In this document: one piece after another, positions 32,611 through 42,707 of the stretch
Numbering within the stretch: the first letter of the stretch is position 1
Layout of the letters: each line of letters starts with the position of its first letter
Sequence record: NC_019526.1
Strand: one strand, 5' to 3'
DNA length: 64,000 bases
Program-made: the position numbers and the translations under genes
The notes under the pieces: model-generated
The model's input: the letters and a program-made list of their open reading frames with translations, nothing else
The model's database searches: none
What the model was told of the DNA's origin: nothing

Positions 32611-33291
32611 ATGACAAAGTTGTTATCACTTGATATTGAATCATTTGGTGTACCTGAACGTTCTGGGTATAATATCGTAGTACCAAATTATGCGGTTGTG
32701 CTTATCCCAGATAATCCTATGCATTTAATTGAATCTTTTTCGTATGTAAAACTACCATTTCAACCACAAGTAGAAAATGGGTTAAAAGTTGATGCAGGTT
32801 CGATGGATTTTTGGTTCAATGAATGTAGGAAGTATTACCCAAATGCACTAAATGAAGTTACAAGTACTTTCAATTTAAAAGAACCTGAAGTTTATCAAGT
32901 AACAAAATCTTCTAGATTTAAATCCAATGATGTTATTTCTATGTGGAAAGACCTAAGATATAATATCTATGGTGAAGAAGAATCGTTGGAAATTTGGGGC
33001 AATGGTTGTAACTTTGATTGTAGTATTTTACAAGCAAATCATTTACTTCAATTCAATAAAGGTGACTTGTGGAATTATGCTTCACCACAAAACGCCCGTT
33101 CTTTAAAACGATTGTTAAGTGCTGAAGAGCGTGAAGAAATGGATGAAATTGTTAAAAAACAGTTATTAAAATTCACTGACTTTGCAGCAGGGCATGGTTT
33201 TAACGCACTGGAACTGCATCACCCATTATATGATGCAGCACGAGAAGCCATTCAGATTTCTTATTGCTTGAATAAAAAATCATCAAAATAA
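32611..33291 (+). CDS. DEDDh 3'-5' exonuclease (Rv2179c/DUF5051-like)
   Basis: SLDIESFG, IWGNGCNFDCSIL, HHPLYDA. Confidence 0.8.
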   Translation: MTKLLSLDIESFGVPERSGYNIVVPNYAVVLIPDNPMHLIESFSYVKLPFQPQVENGLKVDAGSMDFWFNECRKYYPNALNEVTSTFNLKEPEVYQVTKSSRFKSNDVISMWKDLRYNIYGEEESLEIWGNGCNFDCSILQANHLLQFNKGDLWNYASPQNARSLKRLLSAEEREEMDEIVKKQLLKFTDFAAGHGFNALELHHPLYDAAREAIQISYCLNKKSSK

Positions 33292-33305
33292 AAGTTGAAA
33301 AAATT

Positions 33306-34454
33306 TTGAATACAGGATATACTAGTTATATCCTTTTTAATTTAAGAGATGATCAAATGTTAAGTTATGTCATTTTGTTACTACCTGCACTTATTGTTAT
33401 GTTTGTGATGAAATACATTTATAACAAAGAAATTAGTACTAAAGAATTTTTGATTCATGGGGCTATTTGTATTATTAGTGCAACTGTTGTATTGGCACTT
33501 TCTTATGCAATAAATTACGCTTCATTGACTGATACCCAGATTTTAAATGGTAAAGTACTAAGTAAGAACAAACACGTTGAGACTTGTACTCAATATAGCT
33601 CGTGTGAGCATTATTATGTAAAAGAAAAATGTCATTATTACACAGATAGTAAAGGAAAACGTCACAAAAGTTGTGAAACATATAAAGTGTTTGATTATCC
33701 GTATGAAGTTGACTGGTATGTCAATACCAGTGTGGGTGACTTCAAAATTAAACGAGTCAACCGACAAGGTACTACAACACCAAATAGATGGTCAGTTGTT
33801 AAAATAAATGATTATGCAAGTAATACTTCATATTATATAAATTATCTTCTTTCTGATAAAAATTCATTATTCAGTACTGAAAATGATATCAAAAATTACA
33901 GCGAAAAATATTTGAATTCTCTACCAGAATATCCTGAAATTTTTGATTATTATCATACTGAACATGTAATCAATACAACAAAAGCAGATGTTTCTGGTTT
34001 TGATGAATACATTAAAGATGAACTGAAAGATTTGGGATCATCTAAACAAGTAAACATTGAAATATTAATTTATGATTACAAAGATGTTGACTTTGTTGAT
34101 GCAGTATTGTTAAAATGGAAGGGTGGTAAGAAAAATGATGTTATCATGTTCTTTGGTATTGATGAAAATTCAATTGTAAAATCTTTCGTAAGTACATCTT
34201 TCGCCAAAGGGGTTGGTAATGAAGAATTACATTCCAAAATGAGAATTGATGCATTACAAGAGAAATTAAATCTTGACTTAATCAAGAAAGAAGTACATAA
34301 TATCAGTACAAAGTTCGTAAGACAACCAAATGAAAACTTTTCTTATCTAGCAACAAAACTGGAACCAAGAAAAGATGTGATGATTTTGGTGTCTATTCTA
34401 CTGTTAATTCTGTCCTATTTCGTTGGACTATATATGAGAGATAATGAAGTATGA
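33306..34454 (+). CDS. Membrane protein with TPM-like extracytoplasmic domain
   Basis: N-terminal TMs and C-terminal TM; KWKGGKKNDVIMFFG resembles the TPM W..G....NGVL motif; start uncertain (ATG at 33356 is likely). Confidence 0.55.
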   Translation: MNTGYTSYILFNLRDDQMLSYVILLLPALIVMFVMKYIYNKEISTKEFLIHGAICIISATVVLALSYAINYASLTDTQILNGKVLSKNKHVETCTQYSSCEHYYVKEKCHYYTDSKGKRHKSCETYKVFDYPYEVDWYVNTSVGDFKIKRVNRQGTTTPNRWSVVKINDYASNTSYYINYLLSDKNSLFSTENDIKNYSEKYLNSLPEYPEIFDYYHTEHVINTTKADVSGFDEYIKDELKDLGSSKQVNIEILIYDYKDVDFVDAVLLKWKGGKKNDVIMFFGIDENSIVKSFVSTSFAKGVGNEELHSKMRIDALQEKLNLDLIKKEVHNISTKFVRQPNENFSYLATKLEPRKDVMILVSILLLILSYFVGLYMRDNEV

Positions 34455-35005
34455 ATAAAAATCTAATTGCTGTTTGTGCTGGACTGGTTTTAATCTTTTT
34501 GTGTGCAGTAGGTTATGTATCGATGTATAGTTCTGCTCATGATACTGCTGTGTCATTTGAAGAGAATATTAAAAAGTATTATGATGCTAGTGAATCACAA
34601 TTGAGTACATATACACTGACTATTCAGGAAAAAGTACAAATTTCCGACAAATATAAAGATGGCCTGAAAGAAGTAATTGAATCATATTTCAAAGGTCGTG
34701 AAGGTGCAGATCAAAACTTTGTAATGTCATATGTTCAACAGCATGTCCCAAATCTTGATCCTAAAATGTATCAAGAACTAATGGTGACGATTGATTCAGG
34801 GCGAGAGAAGTTTAACAATCTTCAGAAAATGAAAATTGAACAATGTACTGAATATGGTAAATTCAGAAAAGGATTCTGGAATTCCAAAATTCTGGATAAG
34901 GATGTATTCCCAGGTAAAGATATTGAACATTACTGTGCAGTGGTATCCGATACACGTACCAAGAATGCAATGAAAACTGGAGTACAAGAAGTTATTAAAT
35001 TATAA
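34451..35005 (+). CDS. LemA-like membrane-anchored protein
   Basis: N-terminal TM followed by helical bundle; PNLDPKMYQEL...REKFN pattern. Confidence 0.55.
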   Translation: MNKNLIAVCAGLVLIFLCAVGYVSMYSSAHDTAVSFEENIKKYYDASESQLSTYTLTIQEKVQISDKYKDGLKEVIESYFKGREGADQNFVMSYVQQHVPNLDPKMYQELMVTIDSGREKFNNLQKMKIEQCTEYGKFRKGFWNSKILDKDVFPGKDIEHYCAVVSDTRTKNAMKTGVQEVIKL

Positions 35006-35051
35006 TTTGAAGGGGAGACGAAAGTCTTCCCTTTTCTTGTTAGGTGAATAT

Positions 35052-35642
35052 ATGTATCACAATGAAACAATAGAGCTATTTGAAATAATCAACTCATTTG
35101 AGCCGGAGATGTTAAAAACATTACCCAGTTATGATGTACAACACAACGGACGTTCTTTCAGTTATATTTCAACATATGCAGAATCAGAACATCCAATAAA
35201 ATACAACGAATTTACGGTTAAATGGGTAACAGAAAGGGAAGATGAAGTTGTACCAACTATTTCAGTTGGTTCTTCAACTTTAACATCATTGACTCGTACT
35301 TACAATAATGTCAGTACTGATTTATTGAATACTTGTACAGTACTTGTATCAAGTGATTTATCCAGATTGATTTCAGTACAATGGGAAATGGGCTTGAATA
35401 GCAATATGATTTACCCACAGGCTATGATTAGTTCTACAATTATTAAAAAAACAACATCTGAAATGAAATTGATGAATGCGTTGTATTTGCGAAATGAAAG
35501 TGTATTAATTAATGGTGTACTTTATGATTTAAATGCAAATGCAAATGCATTCACTGAAGATATTAGTGATGATAAATCACATTTTTCTATACTAAACGTC
35601 ATTAATTTAAGGAACATTTTTAATGAATTACGATTGGCTTGA
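35052..35642 (+). CDS. Hypothetical protein
   Basis: ORF; start moved to the ATG after the AGGTG RBS. Confidence 0.7.
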   Translation: MYHNETIELFEIINSFEPEMLKTLPSYDVQHNGRSFSYISTYAESEHPIKYNEFTVKWVTEREDEVVPTISVGSSTLTSLTRTYNNVSTDLLNTCTVLVSSDLSRLISVQWEMGLNSNMIYPQAMISSTIIKKTTSEMKLMNALYLRNESVLINGVLYDLNANANAFTEDISDDKSHFSILNVINLRNIFNELRLA

Positions 35643-36186
35643 AACCCTTATTAACGAATCATGTAATGCACTAAAAGAATATGATATTTCAGTGTTTTTC
35701 AATCCACTATTCAATGATCACAAATTTGAATCATTTGATATAGAAAAAAGAGATAATTTTATTATCTTAAAAAATGGTATTAGTCAGAAAGAAGTCGTGA
35801 CATATAAAAAGAATTCAAGTCCTTATAATATTAGTACTGCGATAGTTGGTAGTTCTGCGATAAATGGTAATATCAATGTTTATAACAAAAATCCATTTCA
35901 TGATGATTTACCTGATTATCACAGTATTGAGTATGTAAATTACACTTATTCATTTGTTTTCAGACAAGATGGTTTCATTGGGTTTGATGTAAAGAAAAAA
36001 TCAGAAACTTTATTGAATATTATTGTTGGAAATAGTGATATTTTGATATACAATGAAAATGGTTATAACTGGTACAACAAAGAAACATTTGAAGAATTTT
36101 CATTTCAAAATTCATTAATTGAACCAAGAAAAAATTTTGATTTATTTTATATTAATTCTGTACTTAAAAATTTTAAATTAGTTTAA
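35623..36186 (+). CDS. FQxS-motif family protein
   Basis: EEFSFQNSLIEP near the C-terminus. Confidence 0.7.
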   Translation: MNYDWLETLINESCNALKEYDISVFFNPLFNDHKFESFDIEKRDNFIILKNGISQKEVVTYKKNSSPYNISTAIVGSSAINGNINVYNKNPFHDDLPDYHSIEYVNYTYSFVFRQDGFIGFDVKKKSETLLNIIVGNSDILIYNENGYNWYNKETFEEFSFQNSLIEPRKNFDLFYINSVLKNFKLV

Positions 36187-36196
36187 GGATAATAAA

Positions 36197-36559
36197 ATGT
36201 GGTATATTATTAGTGTAGTAGTACTTTCTGTTTTGGTTGGTATTGTATTACTGAAAGGTGTAACGTATACAATGTCTAAAATAGACAAGTACCAGGAAAA
36301 TTCAGTAATCGATTTGTTTATTGATTACCCAAAAAGCATCATTGCTTTTCTGTTTGTTATGGTACTGATTGGTTTTTATATGGTATCTCATCAAATTGGA
36401 GAAATGTACACTTGTGCCATCCGAAGTAGTTCACAGAATGTAGAAACCGAATATAGTTGGTATTTTGATAAATGTCGCTTCAAAAATAAAGATGGTGCAT
36501 GGGTAGATATTGATCGTTTATTGGGTATGCCTGATGGCAAAGAACATGAACAACAATGA
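36197..36559 (+). CDS. Membrane protein
   Basis: Two hydrophobic segments. Confidence 0.7.
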   Translation: MWYIISVVVLSVLVGIVLLKGVTYTMSKIDKYQENSVIDLFIDYPKSIIAFLFVMVLIGFYMVSHQIGEMYTCAIRSSSQNVETEYSWYFDKCRFKNKDGAWVDIDRLLGMPDGKEHEQQ

Positions 36560-37070
36560 ACATAAATTCTTCATAGAGCCAGAAGATGAAATAGACTATT
36601 TTGATGCAATAGACAGTACTGAAGATGGATATACACATATCAATATATATAGTAAAGGTAAAACTAAATTAGGACGCGATTTATCTAATTTTAGTCCCTA
36701 TAGTTTTACGCTTGAACCATATGGATGGTTTCCATCAGTAGAGTCATTTTATTTCTGGTTTTTAACTGGACAAAAACACCATGAGCTACGTAAGCTCTCT
36801 GGGGCGGCAGCTAAGGCTGCCGCGGAAAAGTATACCCATGATAGGCTTGAGATGACCGATGAGCGTCTTGTTGTGATACAGGCCGCTATTTGTGCCAAGA
36901 TAGCACAGAACCCCGACTTAGCAGAGCGTTTAAAGAAAAGTACATTAGCTTTTAAGCATTATTATTGCTATGGTACTAAAGTAATAAACGTGGAAGATGA
37001 ACATGGGTGGTTTGTTCAAACAATCGAAGATATAAGGACTGTATTAAAAGAAGGAGATGAACATGAATAA
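36546..37070 (+). CDS. NADAR-family protein (T4 gp30.3-like)
   Basis: LSNFSPYSF..., PSVESFY, LSGAAAK, AKIAQNPDLAERLKKS...KH. Confidence 0.65.
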   Translation: MNNNEHKFFIEPEDEIDYFDAIDSTEDGYTHINIYSKGKTKLGRDLSNFSPYSFTLEPYGWFPSVESFYFWFLTGQKHHELRKLSGAAAKAAAEKYTHDRLEMTDERLVVIQAAICAKIAQNPDLAERLKKSTLAFKHYYCYGTKVINVEDEHGWFVQTIEDIRTVLKEGDEHE

Positions 37071-37296
37071 TACACAGTTTGAATCATTTGATATAGAGAG
37101 TATATTAAAACCAACTGATAACTGTACTGTACTTATGAATATGTACTGGATAGTCAAAGATGAAAAAGTCTTTAGATCATTACGAACTAAAGTATGGCAA
37201 TGCAATAAATTTGAGAGTGTAGTTAAACATGTAATCGAATCTTATCCTGGTTGTGAGGTTCGTTTTCTTGAATATGCTTATGTAAAGAAGGATTGA
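37057..37296 (+). CDS. Hypothetical protein
   Basis: 79 aa ORF, GGAG RBS. Confidence 0.7.
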   Translation: MNMNNTQFESFDIESILKPTDNCTVLMNMYWIVKDEKVFRSLRTKVWQCNKFESVVKHVIESYPGCEVRFLEYAYVKKD

Positions 37297-37739
37297 TTAT
37301 GAAATATTATATGGTAACGGAAGGTGATTCGAGTGGTATTCATTTTTTATGGTCTTATTATGAATTGCTTGACTGTTGCACAGTAGAAGATGCAGAAGAT
37401 TTATACAGAGAAGAAAATGGATATTCACTGGATGCACCTTATGGATTGAGAATTTATAGTAAAGAAATTACAGAAAAAGAATATCATGATGGATTGCATT
37501 TTAACGATTATTATGGTGTTAGAACGCTAATTACCGAATTGATGTTTAAAAATAACATTTTCCCACTAAAAAGTTGGGCTTTAATGTTTGCAAATCCAAA
37601 AAAACCTGTTAGAATAGGGTTTCCTGGTTCACATCTAGTCTATCGTATGAATGATAAACGAGAGCTTAGCTACCAGTATGATTATGATTCACATAAGTTT
37701 GGTCTTCTACCAGCATTTAAAGGTTTGACAAATGAGTAA
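37293..37739 (+). CDS. Hypothetical protein
   Basis: 148 aa ORF, coupled. Confidence 0.7.
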   Translation: MIMKYYMVTEGDSSGIHFLWSYYELLDCCTVEDAEDLYREENGYSLDAPYGLRIYSKEITEKEYHDGLHFNDYYGVRTLITELMFKNNIFPLKSWALMFANPKKPVRIGFPGSHLVYRMNDKRELSYQYDYDSHKFGLLPAFKGLTNE

Positions 37740-38067
37740 AGATTCATTAGAATTTATTTTACGTTGTGATTGTGGTGAAAAATCAGATCATGTAATTCAC
37801 ATTGCACAGTACGATCTAGACGAAGAGTACGGTGATAATAAACTTGGCACTTGTTTAATCAGTGCTCGTTTAGAACCATGTAAAACATGGTATGAACGTG
37901 TTTGGATTGGTATCAAATACATCTTTGGTTACAATAGTTATCAGTATATGGATACAATGGTTGATGTTGATATCCTACGTGAAGTAGTACAACAGTTAAA
38001 AGATGAACGTTCAGAAGAAGACAAAAAAGCTTCTCGTGAAAAACGCTCAGAGGTTAAGGTTCTATGA
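37732..38067 (+). CDS. Hypothetical protein
   Basis: 111 aa; CDC...H and WYERVWIGIKYIFGY motif common in phage ORFs. Confidence 0.75.
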   Translation: MSKDSLEFILRCDCGEKSDHVIHIAQYDLDEEYGDNKLGTCLISARLEPCKTWYERVWIGIKYIFGYNSYQYMDTMVDVDILREVVQQLKDERSEEDKKASREKRSEVKVL

Positions 38068-38258
38068 GTGTGTTATTTGAAAAGAAATATTGTACTAAAT
38101 GCTTGACAGCTTATACAATTCAGGGTATGATTTGTTGCTCAAACTGTCAAAGCACAGATGCTCAAACGTTTTTGGTTGATGATCGTTACACCGATTTAAT
38201 TCAATTCAAAGCGAATCGAAATTTAAAACATTTTAGTGCTTTACACGACAAAGATTGA
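38064..38258 (+). CDS. Small zinc-ribbon protein
   Basis: CxxC...CxxC. Confidence 0.6.
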   Translation: MSVLFEKKYCTKCLTAYTIQGMICCSNCQSTDAQTFLVDDRYTDLIQFKANRNLKHFSALHDKD

Positions 38259-38303
38259 ATGCTATAATCATCTTAACTTAAACAAAAACAGGAATTACTT
38301 TAT

Positions 38304-38795
38304 ATGACTAACGTTAATACCAATCTAGTAACTGATATCAAAAAAGTTGTTACTTCACATCATTTCTTTGCACCAGAAAAACAACGAGTCATCTCTGATA
38401 TCAAAGAAGATGAACTGAGTATTATTATTCGTTTTAAAGAACCCGGTGATGAAATTTCATCACAGTTCACTGTACTTCGTGGTAAATTCCGCGAAGAAGG
38501 CGTTGACAAGATCCCAGCTTACATTCTTTTTATTACACTTGGTAGTGTAATTAAGCTGGAAATTGATGAAAATCTGGAGCGTTCATATAAATTCATGCTT
38601 GCACCAGTTACAGATGATGATAACATTGAACTGGATTTCAAGAATGATTTCACTGAAGAAGAATTCTTTCAGCAAAGTACAATCCATGATTTCCGTTCAG
38701 TAACTTATGAGCATGTCGAACTTATCAAAGATATGATTGAACCAGTTACCAGTTACGAGAAATATCTCGATGGTCAAGCTGAAGGCAACGAATAA
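38304..38795 (+). CDS. FQxS-motif family protein
   Basis: EEEFFQQSTIHD. Confidence 0.8.
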   Translation: MTNVNTNLVTDIKKVVTSHHFFAPEKQRVISDIKEDELSIIIRFKEPGDEISSQFTVLRGKFREEGVDKIPAYILFITLGSVIKLEIDENLERSYKFMLAPVTDDDNIELDFKNDFTEEEFFQQSTIHDFRSVTYEHVELIKDMIEPVTSYEKYLDGQAEGNE

Positions 38796-38800
38796 AAATA

Positions 38801-38827
38801 AATAACCCACTTCGGTGGGTTATTTTC
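38801..38827 (+). terminator. Rho-independent terminator
   Basis: AATAACCCAC-TTCG-GTGGGTTATT-TT. Confidence 0.75.
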
Positions 38828-38845
38828 TATATAAGGATATAAATT

Positions 38846-39403
38846 ATGTTAAAAGAAATTCAAAAATTAACAAATTCAATTGTAGATTTTCTTAAAGATA
38901 AAAATGGTTTTAGTACTGAAGTATCAAAACAAGGTGTTCAGCTAATCGTTAAAAATCCTAATGGTACTGAAACTTTGTATGATGTTTATGAATTGCTTTT
39001 ATATAAACTTAGTGCTAATAAACTAGGCGGTGATATTCAGTTAAACATTAATGATAGTACTGAGGGTAAGATTTTTGCAATTAACACGAATGTAAATTTT
39101 GATATTCATTCCAAAATCCTCGAAATTAATAATTCATTTGATGATTACAAACACGACACTATTCGTGGTGTTTTTGTTAGTACTCAATTGTCTGAAAGTA
39201 CAAATCCATTTTCGGTACTAACCATGTATAAAAATGGTACATGGGTTCGTTACGATTTAACACTGTCGGAATTACTGTACGCTTGTGTAAATGGGTATAA
39301 ATTACAATTGAACGATTCAGGTTTTGTATACAATGAATTACGTGAATTGTGTGAAAATGTAAAAAAAGAAATGAAGCAAGAAGAAAATACAATATCCAAA
39401 TAA
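38846..39403 (+). CDS. Hypothetical protein
   Basis: 185 aa ORF. Confidence 0.75.
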   Translation: MLKEIQKLTNSIVDFLKDKNGFSTEVSKQGVQLIVKNPNGTETLYDVYELLLYKLSANKLGGDIQLNINDSTEGKIFAINTNVNFDIHSKILEINNSFDDYKHDTIRGVFVSTQLSESTNPFSVLTMYKNGTWVRYDLTLSELLYACVNGYKLQLNDSGFVYNELRELCENVKKEMKQEENTISK

Positions 39404-39419
39404 TGAGGTAGATCTCTGT

Positions 39420-39842
39420 ATGACATTACATGAAGTACTGAATAGTTTCTTTGAATTGAATATTTCAGAAATGAAAACCAAACAAAATAGACACCAACAT
39501 AGTGTTTGGTATGATGCCCAACCACAACCGTTTTTAATCAATTTTAAAGAAACAGAAACATACACAATAATGAGATTTCATCATTTTGATGGTGAAAATA
39601 ATTACAGGGTATCATATGATGCAGGAACTGATCGACTGATTTACACAGTAATGGGTACAATTTCATCAACCATTACGATTGGAAACTTCTCTTCTTATAA
39701 ATCAGAAGATAATTTTTTTCAGGATTCACTGATTAATGATTACAATGATTTATCATTCGAAGATATTGACAAAATGATGAATATGTTCTATAATGTAAAA
39801 AATACAAGTTTATCCCTATTTGGTGAAGATGATGAAATTTGA
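39420..39842 (+). CDS. FQxS-motif family protein
   Basis: EDNFFQDSLIND. Confidence 0.75.
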   Translation: MTLHEVLNSFFELNISEMKTKQNRHQHSVWYDAQPQPFLINFKETETYTIMRFHHFDGENNYRVSYDAGTDRLIYTVMGTISSTITIGNFSSYKSEDNFFQDSLINDYNDLSFEDIDKMMNMFYNVKNTSLSLFGEDDEI

Positions 39843-40269
39843 TTTAGAAAAATTTCTGGATTTGGATTTAGATTCATTTTATATCAGAAAGTTTATTTTT
39901 AAACCACACACAAATGTGGTTGATTATGCTGTGATTGAACTACATGAATCAGACTATACAATTTGGTACGATGTTGATGATTGTATTCAACTAAAGGAAT
40001 GTGATGAATGTAAAGGTTATGTTCTGTTGTATGACCTCAATACAAATGAAATTACATTAAAAACTTCACATTATGATGAATACGGTATTATAACAAGACG
40101 TGAATGTGTTGCATTTTCACATGATGATTACACAGAAGAATCATTTTTTATGATTAGTACCTTACATGATGTTGGGGAATTTACATTTGAAACTTTCGAT
40201 AAATTTAATAAAATTTTGAAAAAGATTAAATCAATGATAAAGGAAATTGAAAATGAACAGTCCAAGTAA
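39829..40269 (+). CDS. FQxS-motif family protein
   Basis: EESFFMISTLHD. Confidence 0.75.
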   Translation: MMKFDLEKFLDLDLDSFYIRKFIFKPHTNVVDYAVIELHESDYTIWYDVDDCIQLKECDECKGYVLLYDLNTNEITLKTSHYDEYGIITRRECVAFSHDDYTEESFFMISTLHDVGEFTFETFDKFNKILKKIKSMIKEIENEQSK

Positions 40270-40666
40270 ATGTTATATTGTTATTCGTAATGATTTGGAT
40301 ATGCCAGAAGGTAAATTTGGTGCACAAATCGGTCATGGCATCGACGCGGTATGGAAAGAGGTTTTGGTAGCCGGTACAATGGTGCGTGCTGCAAATATAG
40401 CCAATGAACAACCAAAAGAGCGTGATATCAAAATACAGGATGAAATTTCTAAATGGGTGAGTGATGGTAGTAGAAAGATTATTCTAAAAACAAAATCAGA
40501 AGACGAATTACTGAAAATTTATAAAAAGGTATTGTCTGAAGGTTGTATTTGTACTAAAATTTATGATTACGGATTTAATTTTTTTGATGGTTTAACTTTA
40601 ACTGGTATTGTTGTACATCCATGTTCAGAAGAAATTAAAACATTAAAACGAGTACGCTTATGGTAA
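40253..40666 (+). CDS. Peptidyl-tRNA hydrolase type 2 (PTH2)
   Basis: IVIRNDLDMPEGKFGAQIGH, W...G.RKIILK, LTLTGI. Confidence 0.85.
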   Translation: MNSPSKCYIVIRNDLDMPEGKFGAQIGHGIDAVWKEVLVAGTMVRAANIANEQPKERDIKIQDEISKWVSDGSRKIILKTKSEDELLKIYKKVLSEGCICTKIYDYGFNFFDGLTLTGIVVHPCSEEIKTLKRVRLW

Positions 40667-41034
40667 ATGAACATTTAAAAGAATTATGTTCTTTATGGAA
40701 ATCATCTGATGTAAGATTTGAACCTGTACCCAAAAATAAAGATAACTGGCATAATTCTATTGTTATGGGGTCTTGTGGTTTTTTTCTTTTACCTATGGTA
40801 CTAAAAGATAAAAAAATAGGTATTGTTGTTTTATACAATGATCTTATATATTATTTTTTGTACGAAGATGAAATTCAGTACGTACATAATAATATGACAC
40901 ATACATATAAAAGAGATACCACACATGAAGAACTATTCCAACTAAGTACTTTATACGATGGAGTAATTCAGTACGAAAACTTAATAGAAGTTTTTAACTT
41001 ATATGATTCCGTAATGGAGGTAATTGAAAGATGA
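40660..41034 (+). CDS. FQxS-motif family protein
   Basis: EELFQLSTLYD. Confidence 0.75.
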   Translation: MVNEHLKELCSLWKSSDVRFEPVPKNKDNWHNSIVMGSCGFFLLPMVLKDKKIGIVVLYNDLIYYFLYEDEIQYVHNNMTHTYKRDTTHEELFQLSTLYDGVIQYENLIEVFNLYDSVMEVIER

Positions 41035-41372
41035 TGAGTCATTGTAAATTCTGGCTTCCTGTTATGGTTGTTCTGTTTATTATTTTTACAGTAGTAAACT
41101 ATAAAATCCACAATTCTATTCCAAGACAGCCTACAGCAGAAGAATTAGCTATTCATCAAAATAGTGGTTTATATGCTGAAGTACTCAATAAAATCAAAAA
41201 CAAATGTACTGGTATCAGTGATAATGAAAGGAATACATTCTATACATGTCAGGACGGTTCTAAAGTATCAGTGATTTACTGGAAACGACAAGATAGAAGT
41301 GGGTATGTCACTCGTGATTTTGATAAAAATGGTAAATTAATTTCGATTTATGGACACCCAGATGATATCTAA
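41031..41372 (+). CDS. Membrane-anchored hypothetical protein
   Basis: N-terminal TM. Confidence 0.7.
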   Translation: MMSHCKFWLPVMVVLFIIFTVVNYKIHNSIPRQPTAEELAIHQNSGLYAEVLNKIKNKCTGISDNERNTFYTCQDGSKVSVIYWKRQDRSGYVTRDFDKNGKLISIYGHPDDI

Positions 41373-41814
41373 AGAACAACATAAATTTTTATTCAAAATA
41401 TTGAATTCTTATAAAGTTAATAAGTTCAGTACTAAACACGTTCACAATCCAAAAATTGTTATTAGCACAAGGCGATATATAGGAAATAACAATTTTGAAA
41501 TATACTTATATAAAGGAACTATTTCATTAGAAATTCAAAGATATGGTATTATTTTATTATTAATTGAGTATAATCCAATTTCTGACAATATGACGTTATT
41601 ATTCAATGATAATGAACATTGTTCTGAAATCGTTTATCGTATAAACGATGTGTCGGAAATTCTTGAAGAAGATGGTTATTTTCAACAAAGTCTTGTACAA
41701 AATCTTCCATTGGAATATAATGATTTTTGTAAAATGATGGATGATATCACAACCATCAAAAATTCAATGCTGGAACGTTTTGAGTTAACAGAGCAAGTGT
41801 GCGACAATGACTAA
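41350..41814 (+). CDS. FQxS-motif family protein
   Basis: EEDGYFQQSLVQN. Confidence 0.75.
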   Translation: MDTQMISKEQHKFLFKILNSYKVNKFSTKHVHNPKIVISTRRYIGNNNFEIYLYKGTISLEIQRYGIILLLIEYNPISDNMTLLFNDNEHCSEIVYRINDVSEILEEDGYFQQSLVQNLPLEYNDFCKMMDDITTIKNSMLERFELTEQVCDND

Positions 41815-42061
41815 AGTAGTTAGAAAGCGTAGAGTACTTGATAATGATGAATTCAAATCATTAGAGATTCATCGTCAATTGTTTCACCGTCTTTGTGCTG
41901 GCGAGAAACAAATTGTAGTTACTGAAACATATGAAGAACCAGAAAATATTTTCGGTAACTATTTCCCTGTATTCAATTTGTATATTAAACGCGGTCTATT
42001 GGAAGTAATTACAATAGATCAGTTACCGGAAGATGAACATGAATTTACTGTTATCAAATAA
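41807..42061 (+). CDS. Hypothetical protein
   Basis: 84 aa ORF. Confidence 0.65.
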   Translation: MTKVVRKRRVLDNDEFKSLEIHRQLFHRLCAGEKQIVVTETYEEPENIFGNYFPVFNLYIKRGLLEVITIDQLPEDEHEFTVIK

Positions 42062-42122
42062 AGAACCATTAGATCGTGATGATGATTTTTATGATGAACG
42101 TTATGGTGAATCGGAGGAATAA

Positions 42123-42677
42123 ATGGGATTAGATATCTATAAATGTAAAATTAGTTCTACTAAACAAGAACATGGTTTTATTACATGTTCACAAGAAGAG
42201 ATTGATTCAAATAAATCAATTAAAGAACTATTCCAGAAATATAAAAATTATATCAATATCGGCACTGAAGAATACATTGATATTGAACAAAGTTTAATCA
42301 AATTTAATCTTTCTGATGAATGGTTTTTATCTGGATATGAGTTCAATGAAGATGAGGATTCATATTATGCAGTATTTGATTGTACTCTACCATTGTTCGA
42401 TTCCGTAAAAGTATTATATAATGAACTCATCACAAAAGATGAAAAAGTTTATACATTATATTACACAGAAATTGGCTATCAACGTAGAGATTATAAACCC
42501 GGAATCTATGCTGATCTTTGGGGATGTGACCATGAAGAACACGACGGATATTACAGCTTAAATGTTGTAACAGATAATTCAGTACTTGAACTTGTTAAAA
42601 TGTATGCGAATGAAAATTCTCCACTTAGTCAATGGGTACTAAACGATAATGATGAATTTATTATCTTCGATTATTGA
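42123..42677 (+). CDS. Hypothetical protein
   Basis: MGLD start motif, GGAGG RBS. Confidence 0.75.
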   Translation: MGLDIYKCKISSTKQEHGFITCSQEEIDSNKSIKELFQKYKNYINIGTEEYIDIEQSLIKFNLSDEWFLSGYEFNEDEDSYYAVFDCTLPLFDSVKVLYNELITKDEKVYTLYYTEIGYQRRDYKPGIYADLWGCDHEEHDGYYSLNVVTDNSVLELVKMYANENSPLSQWVLNDNDEFIIFDY

Positions 42678-42707
42678 GATTTCTAAATAAAATAAAACAT
42701 AACAAGG

